Of a DNA stretch of 64,000 bases, positions 47,424 through 58,657 are shown in pieces. The translations under genes and the position numbers were made by a program. How positions within the stretch are numbered: the stretch's first letter is position 1; every line of letters starts with the position of its first letter. The notes beneath the pieces were generated by a model. The model saw nothing but the letters and a program-made list of their open reading frames with translations. It was not told the origin of the DNA and did not search any database. This DNA is from Bacteroidota bacterium (GTDB lineage: Bacteria; Bacteroidota; Bacteroidia; Flavobacteriales; Flavobacteriaceae): NCBI GenBank assembly GCA_038147335.1, contig JAYQTK010000006.1, forward strand, positions 126,625-190,624. Reading direction: 5' to 3'.

Positions 47424-48851
47424 ATGAGTCAATCACCCTCATCTGTATGGAATAACTGTCTAACTTTTATTAAGGATAATATTCAACCTCAAGCATACAA
47501 AACTTGGTTCGAGCCAATAATTCCTGTTAAACTATCTGAAGATGTTTTAAGCATTCAAGTTCCAAGTAAATTTTTCTATGAGTGGCTTGAAGAACATTAT
47601 GTAAAAATTCTGAGAATTGCTCTTACAAAAGAATTAGGCTCTAAAGCAAGACTTGTTTATGTAATTAAAATGGAAAATACTTACGGCAATAAGATGCCAT
47701 TCACTGAAAGTATTCCAAGTTCCTCAAGTAATGGTATTAAAGCACAATCAATCGAATCTCCATTTAGCACTTTTGCAAGTGAATTAAAAAATCCTTTTGT
47801 AATTCCTGGGATAAGAAACCTTCAAATAGAATCTCAATTAAATCCTAATTACACATTTGAAAATTTCCTTGAAGGTGATTCTAATAGATTAGCAAGGTCA
47901 GCTGGAATTGCTGTTTCCAACAAACCCGGCGGAACATCTTTTAATCCATTACTAATATATGGTGGTGTTGGACTTGGCAAGACTCATCTTGCTCATGCAA
48001 TTGGTGTAGATATTAAACAGAAATATCCAGATAAAACAGTTTTATATATTTCAGCAGAGAAGTTTACACAACAATATGTTGATTCAGTTAAAAAAAATAC
48101 GAGAAATGATTTTATACATTTTTATCAGTTAATTGATATTTTGATTGTTGATGATGTTCAATTTCTATCAGGAAAATCTGGTACACAGGATGTCTTCTTC
48201 CACATATTTAATCACCTTCATCAAAATGGCAAACAAGTAATTTTGACTTCTGACAAGGCTCCTATTGATATGCAAGATATTGAGCAAAGACTTTTATCAA
48301 GATTTAAATGGGGCTTATCTGCAGAGCTTCAAAATCCTAACTTTGAAACTAGAGTCTCAATACTTAAGAATAAGCTATATAGAGATGGAGTTGAAATACA
48401 AGATGAAGTAATAGAGTTTGTTGCAAAGAATATTAACTCTAATGTTAGAGAACTAGAAGGAGCTATTATATCACTAATCGCTCAATCTTCATTTAATAAA
48501 GCAGAGATAACCGTTGATCTAGCTAAAGAGGTTATAAATAAATTTGTTAAGAATAATAGAAGAGAAGTGTCTATTGACTATATACAAAAAGTTGTCTCAG
48601 ATTATTTCCAAATGGATATTCAAACTCTTCAATCAAAAACTAGAAAAAGACATATTGTGCAGGCTAGACAGATTGCAATGTATTTTGCTAAAAAGTTCAC
48701 TAAAGCATCCCTTGCTAGTATAGGCTCACAAATTGGAAGAAGAGACCACGCAACCGTCCTTCATGCATGCAAGACAGTTGATAATCTTAGCTTTACAGAT
48801 AAGCAATTTAGAAAATACGTTGAAGATCTCAATCAGAAACTGTCCAACTAG
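47424..48851 (+). CDS. dnaA: chromosomal replication initiator protein DnaA
   Basis: 475 aa. AAA+ Walker A GGVGLGKTHL, VDDVQFL box, and C-terminal DnaA signature IGRRDHATVLHA. Confidence 0.97.
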   Translation: MSQSPSSVWNNCLTFIKDNIQPQAYKTWFEPIIPVKLSEDVLSIQVPSKFFYEWLEEHYVKILRIALTKELGSKARLVYVIKMENTYGNKMPFTESIPSSSSNGIKAQSIESPFSTFASELKNPFVIPGIRNLQIESQLNPNYTFENFLEGDSNRLARSAGIAVSNKPGGTSFNPLLIYGGVGLGKTHLAHAIGVDIKQKYPDKTVLYISAEKFTQQYVDSVKKNTRNDFIHFYQLIDILIVDDVQFLSGKSGTQDVFFHIFNHLHQNGKQVILTSDKAPIDMQDIEQRLLSRFKWGLSAELQNPNFETRVSILKNKLYRDGVEIQDEVIEFVAKNINSNVRELEGAIISLIAQSSFNKAEITVDLAKEVINKFVKNNRREVSIDYIQKVVSDYFQMDIQTLQSKTRKRHIVQARQIAMYFAKKFTKASLASIGSQIGRRDHATVLHACKTVDNLSFTDKQFRKYVEDLNQKLSN

Positions 48852-48854
48852 CTT

Positions 48855-49883
48855 TTACCTATAAATTCCCCTGCTGTTTATCCAGCGAATATAAGCCCTT
48901 CTATTCCTGTTGTGTTCAGACAAGTTGCTTGCAAAAAGATGATACCCTCTGTTGCTTGGATCAGCAACCATAAATAAATAATTATTTTTTTCATAGTTCA
49001 GAACAGCATCAATAGCTGATATATCAGGCATAGTAATTGGACCTGGTGGAAGACCAGAAACTCTATAAGTATTAAATTCTGATTCTAACTTAAGATCACG
49101 ATAAAGAACCCTCCTAATAATTGTATCAAAATTTTTATAATAGTCTTTGATTGTATAAATCACAGTTGGATCAGCTTGTAACCTCATGTTTTTTTTAAGC
49201 CTATTAATATATAAACCTGCAACTCTTGGACGCTCATCGTTTCTTCTACTTTCAATTTGGACTATTGATGCAAGTGAAATGACTTCTAATTTAGTAAGTC
49301 CAAGTTTTTTAGCTTTTTCAGATCTATCTTTATTCCAGAATTTATTATACTCAGCTAACATTCTATCTCTAAAATCTTCAGGAGTAGAGTTCCAATAAAT
49401 ATTATAAGAGTTTGGAATAAAAATTGAAAGAACATTTTGTTCATTTAGATTATTGTCTTCAAGAAATTTTTTATCTCTAAATGCTGATAATAAAGATGTG
49501 CTATCCTCATATATTTGTTTTGAAACTCTTCCTGCTAAATTCTCAACTCTTTCTTGATTGTTAAATGTAACATTAATAGGAGTATTATTAAATTTCAAGG
49601 AATTAACAATATCATTGTTTCCAATGTCCTTAGCTATTTTAAATCTTCCTGTTTTTTTATTCTGAAGATATTCAAGTCTTTCTGCAACTTTATAAAAAGT
49701 TTTTTCAGATTTGATATATTTTGATATTGAATCCTTAAAAGCTAAACTATCATCCTCCATCACATATAGAAATATACTTTCGTCTTCGAATGATGTGTTA
49801 GGCTTATAATATTTATTATAGTAATCAATAACAAATATTAAAGACAAGATTGATATCGGTATTAAAATTTTTAAATACTTCAT
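48855..49883 (-). CDS. mltG: endolytic murein transglycosylase MltG (YceG-like)
   Basis: 342 aa. N-terminal TM anchor and a YceG domain (LASIVQIESRRNDERPRVAGLYINRL, LQADPTVIY). Confidence 0.9.
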   Translation of the reverse strand: MKYLKILIPISILSLIFVIDYYNKYYKPNTSFEDESIFLYVMEDDSLAFKDSISKYIKSEKTFYKVAERLEYLQNKKTGRFKIAKDIGNNDIVNSLKFNNTPINVTFNNQERVENLAGRVSKQIYEDSTSLLSAFRDKKFLEDNNLNEQNVLSIFIPNSYNIYWNSTPEDFRDRMLAEYNKFWNKDRSEKAKKLGLTKLEVISLASIVQIESRRNDERPRVAGLYINRLKKNMRLQADPTVIYTIKDYYKNFDTIIRRVLYRDLKLESEFNTYRVSGLPPGPITMPDISAIDAVLNYEKNNYLFMVADPSNRGYHLFASNLSEHNRNRRAYIRWINSRGIYR

Positions 49884-50383
49884 TTATTTAAAATTTTTTG
49901 GAACAAAAGCTCATCATTAAATTTATTATTGTAAAATACCCAGTCTTTTTTTAAACCAACCTCATTGTAGCCATTTTTTTTAAATAATGAAATGCTCTCA
50001 ACGTTATTTGAAGAAATATTTGCATATAATTGGTGCATTGGCACATGGTTTGAAACATGTTCTTCAATTAATTTTAAAGACATAGAACCTATACCTTTAG
50101 ATCTAAACTTCTCAAATATAATAATTCCAACTCCAGCCCGTCTGCTAATGTGGTCATAATCGAAAAGATCTATGAAGCCATAAGAATTAGATTCATCAAA
50201 AATCACAAGTCTAACCTGTTTGTGCTCAATAATATCAAGATGAGAATTTTCAATAAATTTTTTTAAAGTATGTTTTGAAAAGGGTGAAGAAGTATTTGAG
50301 TAAACCCACAAGGATTTATCATTTTCTGTATCATACATCATTTCAAGATCAGAAGGTTCTAGAGCTCTAAGTCTAATTTTCAT
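49880..50383 (-). CDS. GNAT family N-acetyltransferase (RimJ/RimL-like)
   Basis: 167 aa. MKIRLRALEPSDLE N-terminus and an FRSKGIGS acetyl-CoA motif. Confidence 0.82.
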   Translation of the reverse strand: MKIRLRALEPSDLEMMYDTENDKSLWVYSNTSSPFSKHTLKKFIENSHLDIIEHKQVRLVIFDESNSYGFIDLFDYDHISRRAGVGIIIFEKFRSKGIGSMSLKLIEEHVSNHVPMHQLYANISSNNVESISLFKKNGYNEVGLKKDWVFYNNKFNDELLFQKILNK

Positions 50384-50456
50384 CTTGTTCTAGTTAAACT
50401 ATAGTTAAAATATAATTATTAAAATTTTAATATGTTATTTTTAAAGAAAAAATAAA

Positions 50457-51593
50457 ATGAAATTGTATCCCAAAATCATAGTTATATCTTTAGTATCTTC
50501 TATTTTAGTTTTTACTTTAATTAACAGAATTGAAAACAAATTTGATGCTAAATTAACTTCAGAACTAGTTGATAACGAATTTTCTAGCATATCAATTCCT
50601 GCTAACTTTAATCAAAACAAATACACTAATTCTTCGTTACCAGATTTAACTTTTGCTGCAAACAAATCAATTGATGCAGTCGTTCATGTCAAAAATACAA
50701 GCATTGTGAAGGACAGCGATTCATGGGCTTTACAATTTTTTTATGGTGATGATTCAAGAAAAAAAGTTGGAACTGGATCTGGTGTAATAATTTCACCAGA
50801 CGGATACATTATTACAAATTATCATGTTATTGAAAATTCTACAGAAGTTATTGTTACAACAAATGATAATAGAGAGTATCAAGCAGAGATAATTGGTTTT
50901 GATGAAGTCAATGATATTGCTGTTCTAAAAATAGATTCAGATTCTAATCTAGATTATATTTTCTTTGGCGATTCAGATTCAACCCTAATTGGAGAATGGG
51001 TTTTAGCAGTTGGAAATCCATATAACCTAAATTCTACTGTAACTGCCGGTATTATAAGTTCAAAGTCTAGAGACTTGAATGAATTTGACCAAAAGAATCA
51101 GTCATTTATTCAAACAGATGCTGCGGTTAACTTTGGAAATAGTGGAGGTGCCCTTGTAAATATTCAAGGAGAATTAATTGGAATAAACACTCTTATTCAA
51201 TCAATGACCGGTGGATATGTTGGATATTCATTTGCGGTCCCAAGCAATACAGTAAGAAAGATATTTGAAGATATTTTAGAGTACGGTGATGTGCAAAAGG
51301 GTCTACTTGGTGTTAGAGGGGTTGCTTTAAGATCTTCTTATTCTAAACAACTTAATTTAGAAGAAACAGAAGGATTCTATATTGATGTTATTGAGCCTGG
51401 ATTTGGAGCTGATAACGCTGGACTTCAAAAAGGTGATATTATTAAATCGATAGATGATGTCAAGATTAATAGGTTTTCTGATTTATCAGGCTATTTGTCA
51501 TCTAAAAGACCTGGAGATAAAGTTAAAGTCAGGTATATTAGAGATAAAGAGCTTATTACTGCTTCTGTAACTCTTAAGAAAAGTTCTAACTAA
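50457..51593 (+). CDS. trypsin-like serine protease with PDZ domain (HtrA/DegP family)
   Basis: 378 aa. Signal/anchor segment, catalytic triad context TNYHV, DIAVLK, GNSGGAL, and one C-terminal PDZ domain (GLQKGDIIKSIDD). Confidence 0.9.
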   Translation: MKLYPKIIVISLVSSILVFTLINRIENKFDAKLTSELVDNEFSSISIPANFNQNKYTNSSLPDLTFAANKSIDAVVHVKNTSIVKDSDSWALQFFYGDDSRKKVGTGSGVIISPDGYIITNYHVIENSTEVIVTTNDNREYQAEIIGFDEVNDIAVLKIDSDSNLDYIFFGDSDSTLIGEWVLAVGNPYNLNSTVTAGIISSKSRDLNEFDQKNQSFIQTDAAVNFGNSGGALVNIQGELIGINTLIQSMTGGYVGYSFAVPSNTVRKIFEDILEYGDVQKGLLGVRGVALRSSYSKQLNLEETEGFYIDVIEPGFGADNAGLQKGDIIKSIDDVKINRFSDLSGYLSSKRPGDKVKVRYIRDKELITASVTLKKSSN

Positions 51594-52270
51594 TGAGAAT
51601 AGATGTACTTACCCTATTCCCTGATGTATTTGATAATTTAAACTCCTTCTCCATTATTAAAAAAGCTATTGACTCTAAGAAAGTAGAAGTTAATACTCAT
51701 AACTTAAGAGATTATGCTGACAACTCAAGAAAAGTTGATGATTATCCATATGGTGGTTTCCCAGGAATGGTTATAAAAATTGAACCAATAGATAACTGCA
51801 TAGAGTATTTAAAGAAAAAAAACAATTATGATGAAATAATTTATTTGACTCCAGATGGAGGGTTATTAGATCAAAAAGAATCAAATTATCTATCAACTCT
51901 AAAAAATATTATTGTTATCTGTGGACATTATAAAGGGATTGATCATAGGGTTAGAGAATATATTGTGACCAAAGAAATATCCATTGGAAATTATGTTGTT
52001 TCAGGAGGCGAACTACCTGCTGCAGTTCTTTGTGACTCTATAATCAGACTTTTACCCGGCATTATTGGTGATGAATCCTCAGCACTTTCAGATACTTTTC
52101 AAGATAATTTATTAGCAGCACCTATATATACTAGACCTGAAGTTTACAAAGGTTTTGAAGTACCTAAAGTTCTTTTATCAGGAAATCAAAGTGAAATACA
52201 AAAATGGAATGATGAGAAATCTTTGGAAAGAACAAAATTACTTAGGCCAAATCTTTTTGATAATGAATAA
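51593..52270 (+). CDS. trmD: tRNA (guanine37-N1)-methyltransferase
   Basis: 225 aa. MRIDVLTLFPDVF N-terminus and the SIGNYVVSGGELPA motif. Confidence 0.96.
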   Translation: MRIDVLTLFPDVFDNLNSFSIIKKAIDSKKVEVNTHNLRDYADNSRKVDDYPYGGFPGMVIKIEPIDNCIEYLKKKNNYDEIIYLTPDGGLLDQKESNYLSTLKNIIVICGHYKGIDHRVREYIVTKEISIGNYVVSGGELPAAVLCDSIIRLLPGIIGDESSALSDTFQDNLLAAPIYTRPEVYKGFEVPKVLLSGNQSEIQKWNDEKSLERTKLLRPNLFDNE

Positions 52271-52285
52271 AAAGGTTTATTTTTG
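52256..52285 (+). promoter_or_regulatory. rplS promoter: -33 TTTG, 18-nt spacer, -7 TATTTTTG
   Basis: TTTG at 52256-52259 (inside the trmD 3' end) and TATTTTTG at 52278-52285, which ends 42 nt upstream of the rplS ATG. Confidence 0.5.
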
Positions 52286-52326
52286 CACGGATTTGATTTA
52301 AGTCAAATCATAAATAAATTATTTCA

Positions 52327-52671
52327 ATGGATTCTGTAGTTAATTTAGTTCAAGAAAAGCTTATCAATAAAAATGATTTTCCATCATTTTCTTCTGGTGA
52401 TACAATCACCGTATTTTATGAAATTAGAGAAGGTGATAAAGTAAGAACCCAGTCTTTCAAAGGTGTAGTAATTCAAATTAAAGGTAGAGGTCAATCAAAA
52501 ACTTTTACAATAAGAAAGATGTCTGGAACAGTTGGTGTTGAAAGAATTTTTCCAATTAACATGCCTGCTTTAAAGAAAATTGAGGTTAATAAGAAAGGTA
52601 AAGTTAGACAATCAAGAATTTATTACTTCAGAGAATTAAGAGGAAAGAAAGCTAGGATTAAAGAAGTATAA
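52327..52671 (+). CDS. rplS: 50S ribosomal protein L19
   Basis: 114 aa. FSSGDTITV...[15 protein letters not shown]...GVERIFP L19 blocks. Confidence 0.97.
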   Translation: MDSVVNLVQEKLINKNDFPSFSSGDTITVFYEIREGDKVRTQSFKGVVIQIKGRGQSKTFTIRKMSGTVGVERIFPINMPALKKIEVNKKGKVRQSRIYYFRELRGKKARIKEV

Positions 52672-52676
52672 ATCTT

Positions 52677-53909
52677 ATGTCAAAAATTAAAGTAGCCAAT
52701 CCCATAGTCGAGATAGATGGAGATGAAATGGCTAGAATCATCTGGAAATTCATAAAAGAAAAACTTATTCTAGACTATCTAGATCTTGATATAGTATATT
52801 ATGATCTAGGAATTGAGTCAAGGGATAAAACTGATGACCAAATTACAATTGATGCTGCTAATGCTATTAAAAAGTATAATGTTGGCATAAAATGTGCTAC
52901 AATAACACCAGATGAGCAAAGGGTTGAAGAGTTTTCTTTATCAAGAATGTATAAATCTCCAAATGGAACAATTAGAAACATTGTTGGAGGTACTGTTTTT
53001 AGAGAGCCTATTATATGTAGATCCATCCCTAGATATGTTCAAGGTTGGTCAAGACCAATATGTATAGGTAGGCATGCGTTTGGTGACCAATATAGAGCCA
53101 CTGATGTAATTACTCATGGACCTGGAAAACTTGAAATGAAATTTACTCCTAAAGATGGTGGAGAATCAACAACATGGGAAGTATATAATTTTGAAGAGGA
53201 TGGAATTGCAATGTCAATGTATAATATTGATTCATCAATTTATGGATTTGCAAGATCATGTATGAATATGGCACTTACCAAGAGATGGCCTCTATACCTA
53301 TCTACAAAAAACACCATACTTAAAGCTTATGATGGTAGATTTAAAGATATTTTTCAGGAGGTATACGATAACGAATTTAAAGATAGATTTGAGAAGGAAA
53401 ATATAACTTATGAGCATAGACTAATTGATGATATGGTAGCTGCTGCTATTAAATGGAAAGGAGGATTTGTATGGGCTTGTAAGAATTATGATGGTGATGT
53501 CCAGTCAGATGTAGTTGCTCAAGGTTTTGGATCACTTGGTTTAATGACTTCTACATTAGTAACACCTGACGGGAAAACACTTGAAGCAGAAGCTGCTCAT
53601 GGAACAGTAACTAGACACTTTAGAAGACATCAGAAAGGTGAACAAACATCGACAAATCCAATAGCTTCAATATTTGCTTGGACAAGAGGTTTAATGCATA
53701 GAGGCAAGCTTGATAATAATGAAAAACTTATTAATTTCTGTAAAACTTTAGAGGAGGTCTGTATTGAAACAGTTGAGGATGGGAAAATGACTAAAGATCT
53801 TGCTTTATTAGTTTTTAGAGATGATTTGGTTGACTCTAATTTTCTTACAACACAAGAATTTTTAGATGAATTAAAAAGTAATCTGGATAAAAAATTAGCT
53901 ATTCAATAA
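52677..53909 (+). CDS. icd: NADP-dependent isocitrate dehydrogenase (subfamily II, eukaryote-like homodimeric type)
   Basis: 410 aa. N-terminus [21 protein letters not shown], the SPNGTIRN motif and the NYDGDVQSD motif. Confidence 0.95.
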   Translation: MSKIKVANPIVEIDGDEMARIIWKFIKEKLILDYLDLDIVYYDLGIESRDKTDDQITIDAANAIKKYNVGIKCATITPDEQRVEEFSLSRMYKSPNGTIRNIVGGTVFREPIICRSIPRYVQGWSRPICIGRHAFGDQYRATDVITHGPGKLEMKFTPKDGGESTTWEVYNFEEDGIAMSMYNIDSSIYGFARSCMNMALTKRWPLYLSTKNTILKAYDGRFKDIFQEVYDNEFKDRFEKENITYEHRLIDDMVAAAIKWKGGFVWACKNYDGDVQSDVVAQGFGSLGLMTSTLVTPDGKTLEAEAAHGTVTRHFRRHQKGEQTSTNPIASIFAWTRGLMHRGKLDNNEKLINFCKTLEEVCIETVEDGKMTKDLALLVFRDDLVDSNFLTTQEFLDELKSNLDKKLAIQ

Positions 53910-54724
53910 TGAAATTTATTAAAGTAACTGAACAAGAATCAAATCATAAAGATTTAGAAAAAAAATCTGTAATTGAGCTTGTAAATGCAATGCATGAAGA
54001 AGATAATAATGCATTAAAAGCAGTTAATAAGGTTTTACCAAAAATTTCTGAACTTATTGAGGCCATTGCACCAAAGATTGAAAAAGGAGGAAGATTATTT
54101 TACATTGGAGCTGGAACTAGTGGCAGATTAGGTGTTTTAGATGCTTCAGAGTGTCCCCCAACATTTGGGACTCCTCCAGAAAAAGTTGTTGGACTAGTAG
54201 CTGGTGGTATTCCTGCCTTATATAGTTCAATCGAGATTGCTGAAGATGACATGAGCCAAGCATGGAAAGATTTATCTGAACATAAAGTTAATTCTGATGA
54301 TTTTGTTATTGGAATTGCAGCATCAGGAACTACTCCTTATGTTGTTGGTGGTCTTAAGGATTGTCAAGAAAATAATATTTCTACTGCATGTATTGTATGC
54401 AATGAAAACTCTCCTTTATCTGAATATGCAGATTTTAAAATTGAAGTTATAGTTGGTCCAGAGTTTTTAACTGGAAGCTCTAGATTGAAAGCTGGAACTG
54501 CACAAAAATTAATATTGAATATGATATCCACTATCTCAATGATTTTAGATGGTCATGTTAGAGGCAATAAAATGATTGACATGCAGATGTCAAACGCTAA
54601 GCTTAATAAACGTGCTAGAAGAATTCTTATGGAAGAATTAGGTGTGGATGAAAGTAAAGCTGATGAATTAATTTTGAAACACAAAAGTATTCGTTTAGCA
54701 ATAGATAACTTTAATAATGAATAA
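53909..54724 (+). CDS. murQ: N-acetylmuramic acid 6-phosphate etherase
   Basis: 271 aa. SIS domain GAGTSGRLGVLDASECPPTFG and SRLKAGTAQKLILNM. Confidence 0.93.
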   Translation: MKFIKVTEQESNHKDLEKKSVIELVNAMHEEDNNALKAVNKVLPKISELIEAIAPKIEKGGRLFYIGAGTSGRLGVLDASECPPTFGTPPEKVVGLVAGGIPALYSSIEIAEDDMSQAWKDLSEHKVNSDDFVIGIAASGTTPYVVGGLKDCQENNISTACIVCNENSPLSEYADFKIEVIVGPEFLTGSSRLKAGTAQKLILNMISTISMILDGHVRGNKMIDMQMSNAKLNKRARRILMEELGVDESKADELILKHKSIRLAIDNFNNE

Positions 54725-54944
54725 ATTCCTAAAAAAAGGCTTTATTCAAGTTTTTACAGGTATTTCGCTTTGCTTTATTGGACCTGTACTAGTTTCTCAA
54801 GCATTTAATAATCAAGATCACCCCCTTTTTATTGTTGTCCTTATAATTGGTGTTATTCTTCTTGTTTTAGCTATTTATTTCGGATACAGAGGAATAAGTA
54901 ATATATTAAATGGAACTTTAGGGCCAAAGAATAAATTAAATTGA
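54717..54944 (+). CDS. small hypothetical membrane protein (2 TM)
   Basis: 75-aa ORF overlapping the murQ stop by 8 nt, with two clear hydrophobic helices. No family recognised. Confidence 0.55.
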   Translation: MNKFLKKGFIQVFTGISLCFIGPVLVSQAFNNQDHPLFIVVLIIGVILLVLAIYFGYRGISNILNGTLGPKNKLN

Positions 54945-54946
54945 AT

Positions 54947-54954
54947 TATTTTTG
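54947..54954 (+). promoter_or_regulatory. -7 box TATTTTTG upstream of thrS
   Basis: TAnnTTTG match 18 nt upstream of the thrS ATG. Confidence 0.4.
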
Positions 54955-54971
54955 AAAGTTGATACTATACT

Positions 54972-56921
54972 ATGATTAATGTTAGTTTTCCAGATAAATC
55001 AGTAAAAAAGTTTGAAAAAGGAACTAAAGTTATTGATGTAGCTAAAAGCATAAGTGAAGGATTAGCTAGAAAAGTTATATCTGCATCATATAATGATGAA
55101 ATAGTTGAAACAGAATCACCAATTAACGAGGATGGTTCAATCAAATTTTTCACATGGGATGATAATGAGGGCAAACAAGCCTTTTGGCATTCGTCTGCAC
55201 ATATTCTGGCTCAAACAATCAAATCTTTTTATCCTAAGTCTAAGCTTACCATAGGTCCTTCGATTGAAAATGGATTCTATTATGATGTTGATTTTGGCGA
55301 CGATGTTTTTTCTGAAAAAGATTTTGGAAGAATTGAATCAAAATTTTTAGAGCTAGCAAGAGAGGATCATAGTTTCATCATGAAATCTGTATCAAAAAAA
55401 GAAGCGTTAGATTTCTATAAGTTAGAGAATAATGAATATAAAGTTGAATTAATTGAGGGTCTTGAAGATGGATCAATTACATTTTGTGATCATTCTAATT
55501 TCTCAGATTTGTGTAAAGGAGGGCATATTCCTTCAACTGGAATAGTTAAAGCAGTTAAACTTCTTAATGTTGCTGGAGCCTACTGGAGAGGAGATGAAAA
55601 AAATAATCAGTTGACAAGAGTTTACGGAATATCTTTCCCAAAACAAAAACTTCTAACTGAATATCTTGAACTTGTTGAGAAGGCTAAAGAAAGAGATCAC
55701 AGAAAACTAGGTAAGGAATTAGAGCTATTCACTTTTTCAAAAAAGGTTGGTCAAGGATTACCTCTTTGGCTGCCTAAAGGTACAGAGTTGAGAGATAGAC
55801 TTCAGAGCTTTCTCGAAGACGCTCAAAGAAGAGCTGGATACAAAAAAGTAATGTCACCTCATATAGGTTCAAAAGAATTATATATTACTTCAGGGCATTA
55901 TGAAAAGTATGGTGAAGACAGTTTTCAACCTATACTTACTCCGAATGATAGTGAAATATTTATGCTTAGACCAATGAATTGCCCACATCATTGTGAAATA
56001 TTTAATTCTAAACCACTTAGTTACAGAGATTTACCTTATAGGATGGCAGAATTTGGAACAGTATACAGATATGAACAGAGCGGAGAATTACATGGATTAA
56101 GCAGAGTGAGAGGATTTACTGTTGATGATGCCCATATTTTTTGTACAACTGACCAGGTTGATTCAGAATTTAAAAACACTATTGATTTAGTTTTATATGT
56201 ATTTAAATCTTTAGGGTTCAGTGATTTTTATGCTCAAGTCTCATTAAGAGATCAGGATAATCCAGAAAAATATATAGGATCAGATGAAAACTGGGAAATT
56301 GCTGAACAAGCAATTTTAAATTCAGCAAAAGAAAAGGATTTAAATTATAAAGTTGAATATGGAGAAGCTGCTTTTTATGGACCTAAGCTTGATTTTATGG
56401 TTAAAGATGCACTTGGCAGAAGTTGGCAACTAGGTACTATTCAGGTAGATTACAACCTACCTGAAAGGTTCGACCTCACATATAAAGGAAAAAATAATGA
56501 AGATCTTAGACCTGTTATGCTTCATAGAGCTCCATTTGGTAGCATGGAAAGATTTGTTGCAATTCTTTTAGAACATACAGGCGGATTATTTCCATTATGG
56601 CTTGCAACAACTCAGGTGGAGATCCTAATTGTAAGTGAGAACTTCAAAAATTATGGCCAAAAAGTTTTAAATATCTTAGAAAATCACGAAATTCGCGCGC
56701 ACTTAGATGATAGAAATGAGACTGTTGGAAAAAAAATTAGAGAATCTGAGATAAATAAGGTTCCTTTTATGATTGTTGTTGGGGAAAATGAAGTAAAAAA
56801 TAAAACAATCTCTATTAGAAGACATCATGGAGAAGATCTAGGTGAAATGAAGATTGAAAAATTTGTAGATATAATTAAGAAAGAGATTTCTGATTGTATC
56901 CCAAAATTTAATATTAACTAA
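54972..56921 (+). CDS. thrS: threonine--tRNA ligase
   Basis: 649 aa. TGS domain N-terminus, editing-domain motif HSSAH, class II motifs ([26 protein letters not shown]) and a C-terminal anticodon-binding domain. Confidence 0.97.
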   Translation: MINVSFPDKSVKKFEKGTKVIDVAKSISEGLARKVISASYNDEIVETESPINEDGSIKFFTWDDNEGKQAFWHSSAHILAQTIKSFYPKSKLTIGPSIENGFYYDVDFGDDVFSEKDFGRIESKFLELAREDHSFIMKSVSKKEALDFYKLENNEYKVELIEGLEDGSITFCDHSNFSDLCKGGHIPSTGIVKAVKLLNVAGAYWRGDEKNNQLTRVYGISFPKQKLLTEYLELVEKAKERDHRKLGKELELFTFSKKVGQGLPLWLPKGTELRDRLQSFLEDAQRRAGYKKVMSPHIGSKELYITSGHYEKYGEDSFQPILTPNDSEIFMLRPMNCPHHCEIFNSKPLSYRDLPYRMAEFGTVYRYEQSGELHGLSRVRGFTVDDAHIFCTTDQVDSEFKNTIDLVLYVFKSLGFSDFYAQVSLRDQDNPEKYIGSDENWEIAEQAILNSAKEKDLNYKVEYGEAAFYGPKLDFMVKDALGRSWQLGTIQVDYNLPERFDLTYKGKNNEDLRPVMLHRAPFGSMERFVAILLEHTGGLFPLWLATTQVEILIVSENFKNYGQKVLNILENHEIRAHLDDRNETVGKKIRESEINKVPFMIVVGENEVKNKTISIRRHHGEDLGEMKIEKFVDIIKKEISDCIPKFNIN

Positions 56922-56932
56922 AAATAATTGTT

Positions 56933-57490
56933 ATAGCTATAAGAAGAAGAAAATCAAACAGGAGATTCCAAAGAGTAATTAAAGAAGATCCTCATAAAAT
57001 CAACACAAAGATCACAGCATATGAAGTTAGATTAGTTGGTGATAACGTAGATGGAGGTATATATTCTACAAGTGAGGCCCTAAGAATCGCTAGAGATTTA
57101 GAACTAGATTTAGTAGAAATTTCTCCAAAAGCTTCTCCACCTGTATGTAAAATTCTTGAATACAAGAAATTCTTATACGAGCAGAAAAAGAGAGATAAGG
57201 CTCTTAAATCAAAAGCAACAAAAATCGTTGTAAAAGAAATAAGATTCGGACCTCAAACAGATGAACATGATTATCAGTTTAAAAAGAAACATGCAGAAAA
57301 ATTTTTAAATGAAGGTGCAAAATTAAAAGCATTTGTATTTTTTAAAGGACGATCAATTATTTTTAAGGAACAAGGTCAAATTTTGTTATTAAGATTAGCT
57401 CAAGACCTTGAAGAAATAGGAAAAGTAGAACAGATGCCAGAGTTAGAAGGAAAGAGGATGATTATGTATATAACACCAAAAAAGAATTAA
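56933..57490 (+). CDS. infC: translation initiation factor IF-3, non-AUG (probably AUA/AUU-class) start; absent from the ORF track
   Basis: The open frame from 56918 translates to [86 protein letters not shown]...[18 protein letters not shown]..., which is canonical IF-3. There is no in-frame ATG/GTG/TTG near the N-terminus. The exact start codon (ATA at 56924, 56933 or 56939) is uncertain. Confidence 0.9.
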   Translation: MAIRRRKSNRRFQRVIKEDPHKINTKITAYEVRLVGDNVDGGIYSTSEALRIARDLELDLVEISPKASPPVCKILEYKKFLYEQKKRDKALKSKATKIVVKEIRFGPQTDEHDYQFKKKHAEKFLNEGAKLKAFVFFKGRSIIFKEQGQILLLRLAQDLEEIGKVEQMPELEGKRMIMYITPKKN

Positions 57491-57502
57491 AAAAGAGGAA
57501 CT

Positions 57503-57700
57503 ATGCCTAAAATGAAAACAAAATCCAGCGCTAAGAAAAGGTTTAAAGTAACTGGATCAGGAAAAATTAAAAGGAAACACGCTTTTAAAAATCATATTTT
57601 GACAAAAAAGTCAAAAAAAAGAAAACTAAGGCTTACTCATTTTGGCCTAGTTCATGAAAGTGACGAAAACAATATTAAAAGACAGTTAAGATTAAAATAA
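57503..57700 (+). CDS. rpmI: 50S ribosomal protein L35
   Basis: 65 aa. [36 protein letters not shown]. Confidence 0.97.
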   Translation: MPKMKTKSSAKKRFKVTGSGKIKRKHAFKNHILTKKSKKRKLRLTHFGLVHESDENNIKRQLRLK

Positions 57701-57706
57701 TTAGCA

Positions 57707-58051
57707 ATGCCAAGATCAGTAAATTCAGTAGCTTCAAGGGCTAGAAGAAAAAAAATACTAAAACAAGCCAAAGGGTACTTTGGTAGAAGAAAAAATGTTT
57801 GGACAGTTGCAAAGAATGCTGTTGAAAAAGCATTACTATACGCATATAGAGACAGAAAGACAAAGAAAAGAAATTTCAAATCCTTATGGATTATGAGAAT
57901 TAATGCTGCTGCTCATCAACACGGATTAACTTATAGTGAATTTATGTTTAAACTAAAGACTAATAAAATTTCTTTAAATAGAAAAGTTTTAGCTGATTTA
58001 GCCATGAATAATCCGAATGCTTTTGAAGCTATAGTTAAATCTCTTAAATAA
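57707..58051 (+). CDS. rplT: 50S ribosomal protein L20
   Basis: 114 aa. [30 protein letters not shown] and YAYRDRK. Confidence 0.97.
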   Translation: MPRSVNSVASRARRKKILKQAKGYFGRRKNVWTVAKNAVEKALLYAYRDRKTKKRNFKSLWIMRINAAAHQHGLTYSEFMFKLKTNKISLNRKVLADLAMNNPNAFEAIVKSLK

Positions 58052-58111
58052 CATTCCCAACTCCTACCTCAACTTTTTATTTTTTTCTAGGTCTAAAAAG
58101 AAAAATATAGA

Positions 58112-58657
58112 TTGAAAGAAGGTGCTTTACTTAAATTATTAAAGAATCCTGCTTCAAAAGATAAAGGATTTAAACTTCTTGTAGATTTATATCAAGAAAA
58201 AATATATTGGATGATTAGAAAAATGGTTTTGTCTCATGATTCAGCTAATGATGTATTACAAGATACTTATATCAGAGTTTTTAAAGGAATTGATAATTTT
58301 AAAGAAAAAAGCAAACTAAGTACTTGGATATATAGAATTGCTTATAATGAGTCAATTCGTTTTTTAAATAAAGAATCTAAAATGAAAAAAATTGAACTAG
58401 ATTCTAAAGATGATAATTATTCAAAGAAACTATTTGCAGATACATTTTTTGATGCAGATAATCTATCACTAAAATTTCATCAAATATTATCAGAACTTTC
58501 TATTAGGCAAAGAAATATTTTTAACATGAAATATTTTGATGAACTTAAATTTGAAGAGATAGCTAAAATAACAGACATAAATATTAATACTGTTAAGTCA
58601 GTTTACTATTCAGTAGAAAAAAAAATAAAAAAAGAAATAAATGAATCATCACTATAA
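58112..58657 (+). CDS. ECF-type RNA polymerase sigma-70 family factor
   Basis: 181 aa with a TTG start. Region 2 (DVLQDTYIRVF...STWIYRIAYNESIRFL) and region 4 (LSIRQRNIFNMKYFDELKFEEIAKITDININTVKS). Confidence 0.88.
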   Translation: MKEGALLKLLKNPASKDKGFKLLVDLYQEKIYWMIRKMVLSHDSANDVLQDTYIRVFKGIDNFKEKSKLSTWIYRIAYNESIRFLNKESKMKKIELDSKDDNYSKKLFADTFFDADNLSLKFHQILSELSIRQRNIFNMKYFDELKFEEIAKITDININTVKSVYYSVEKKIKKEINESSL

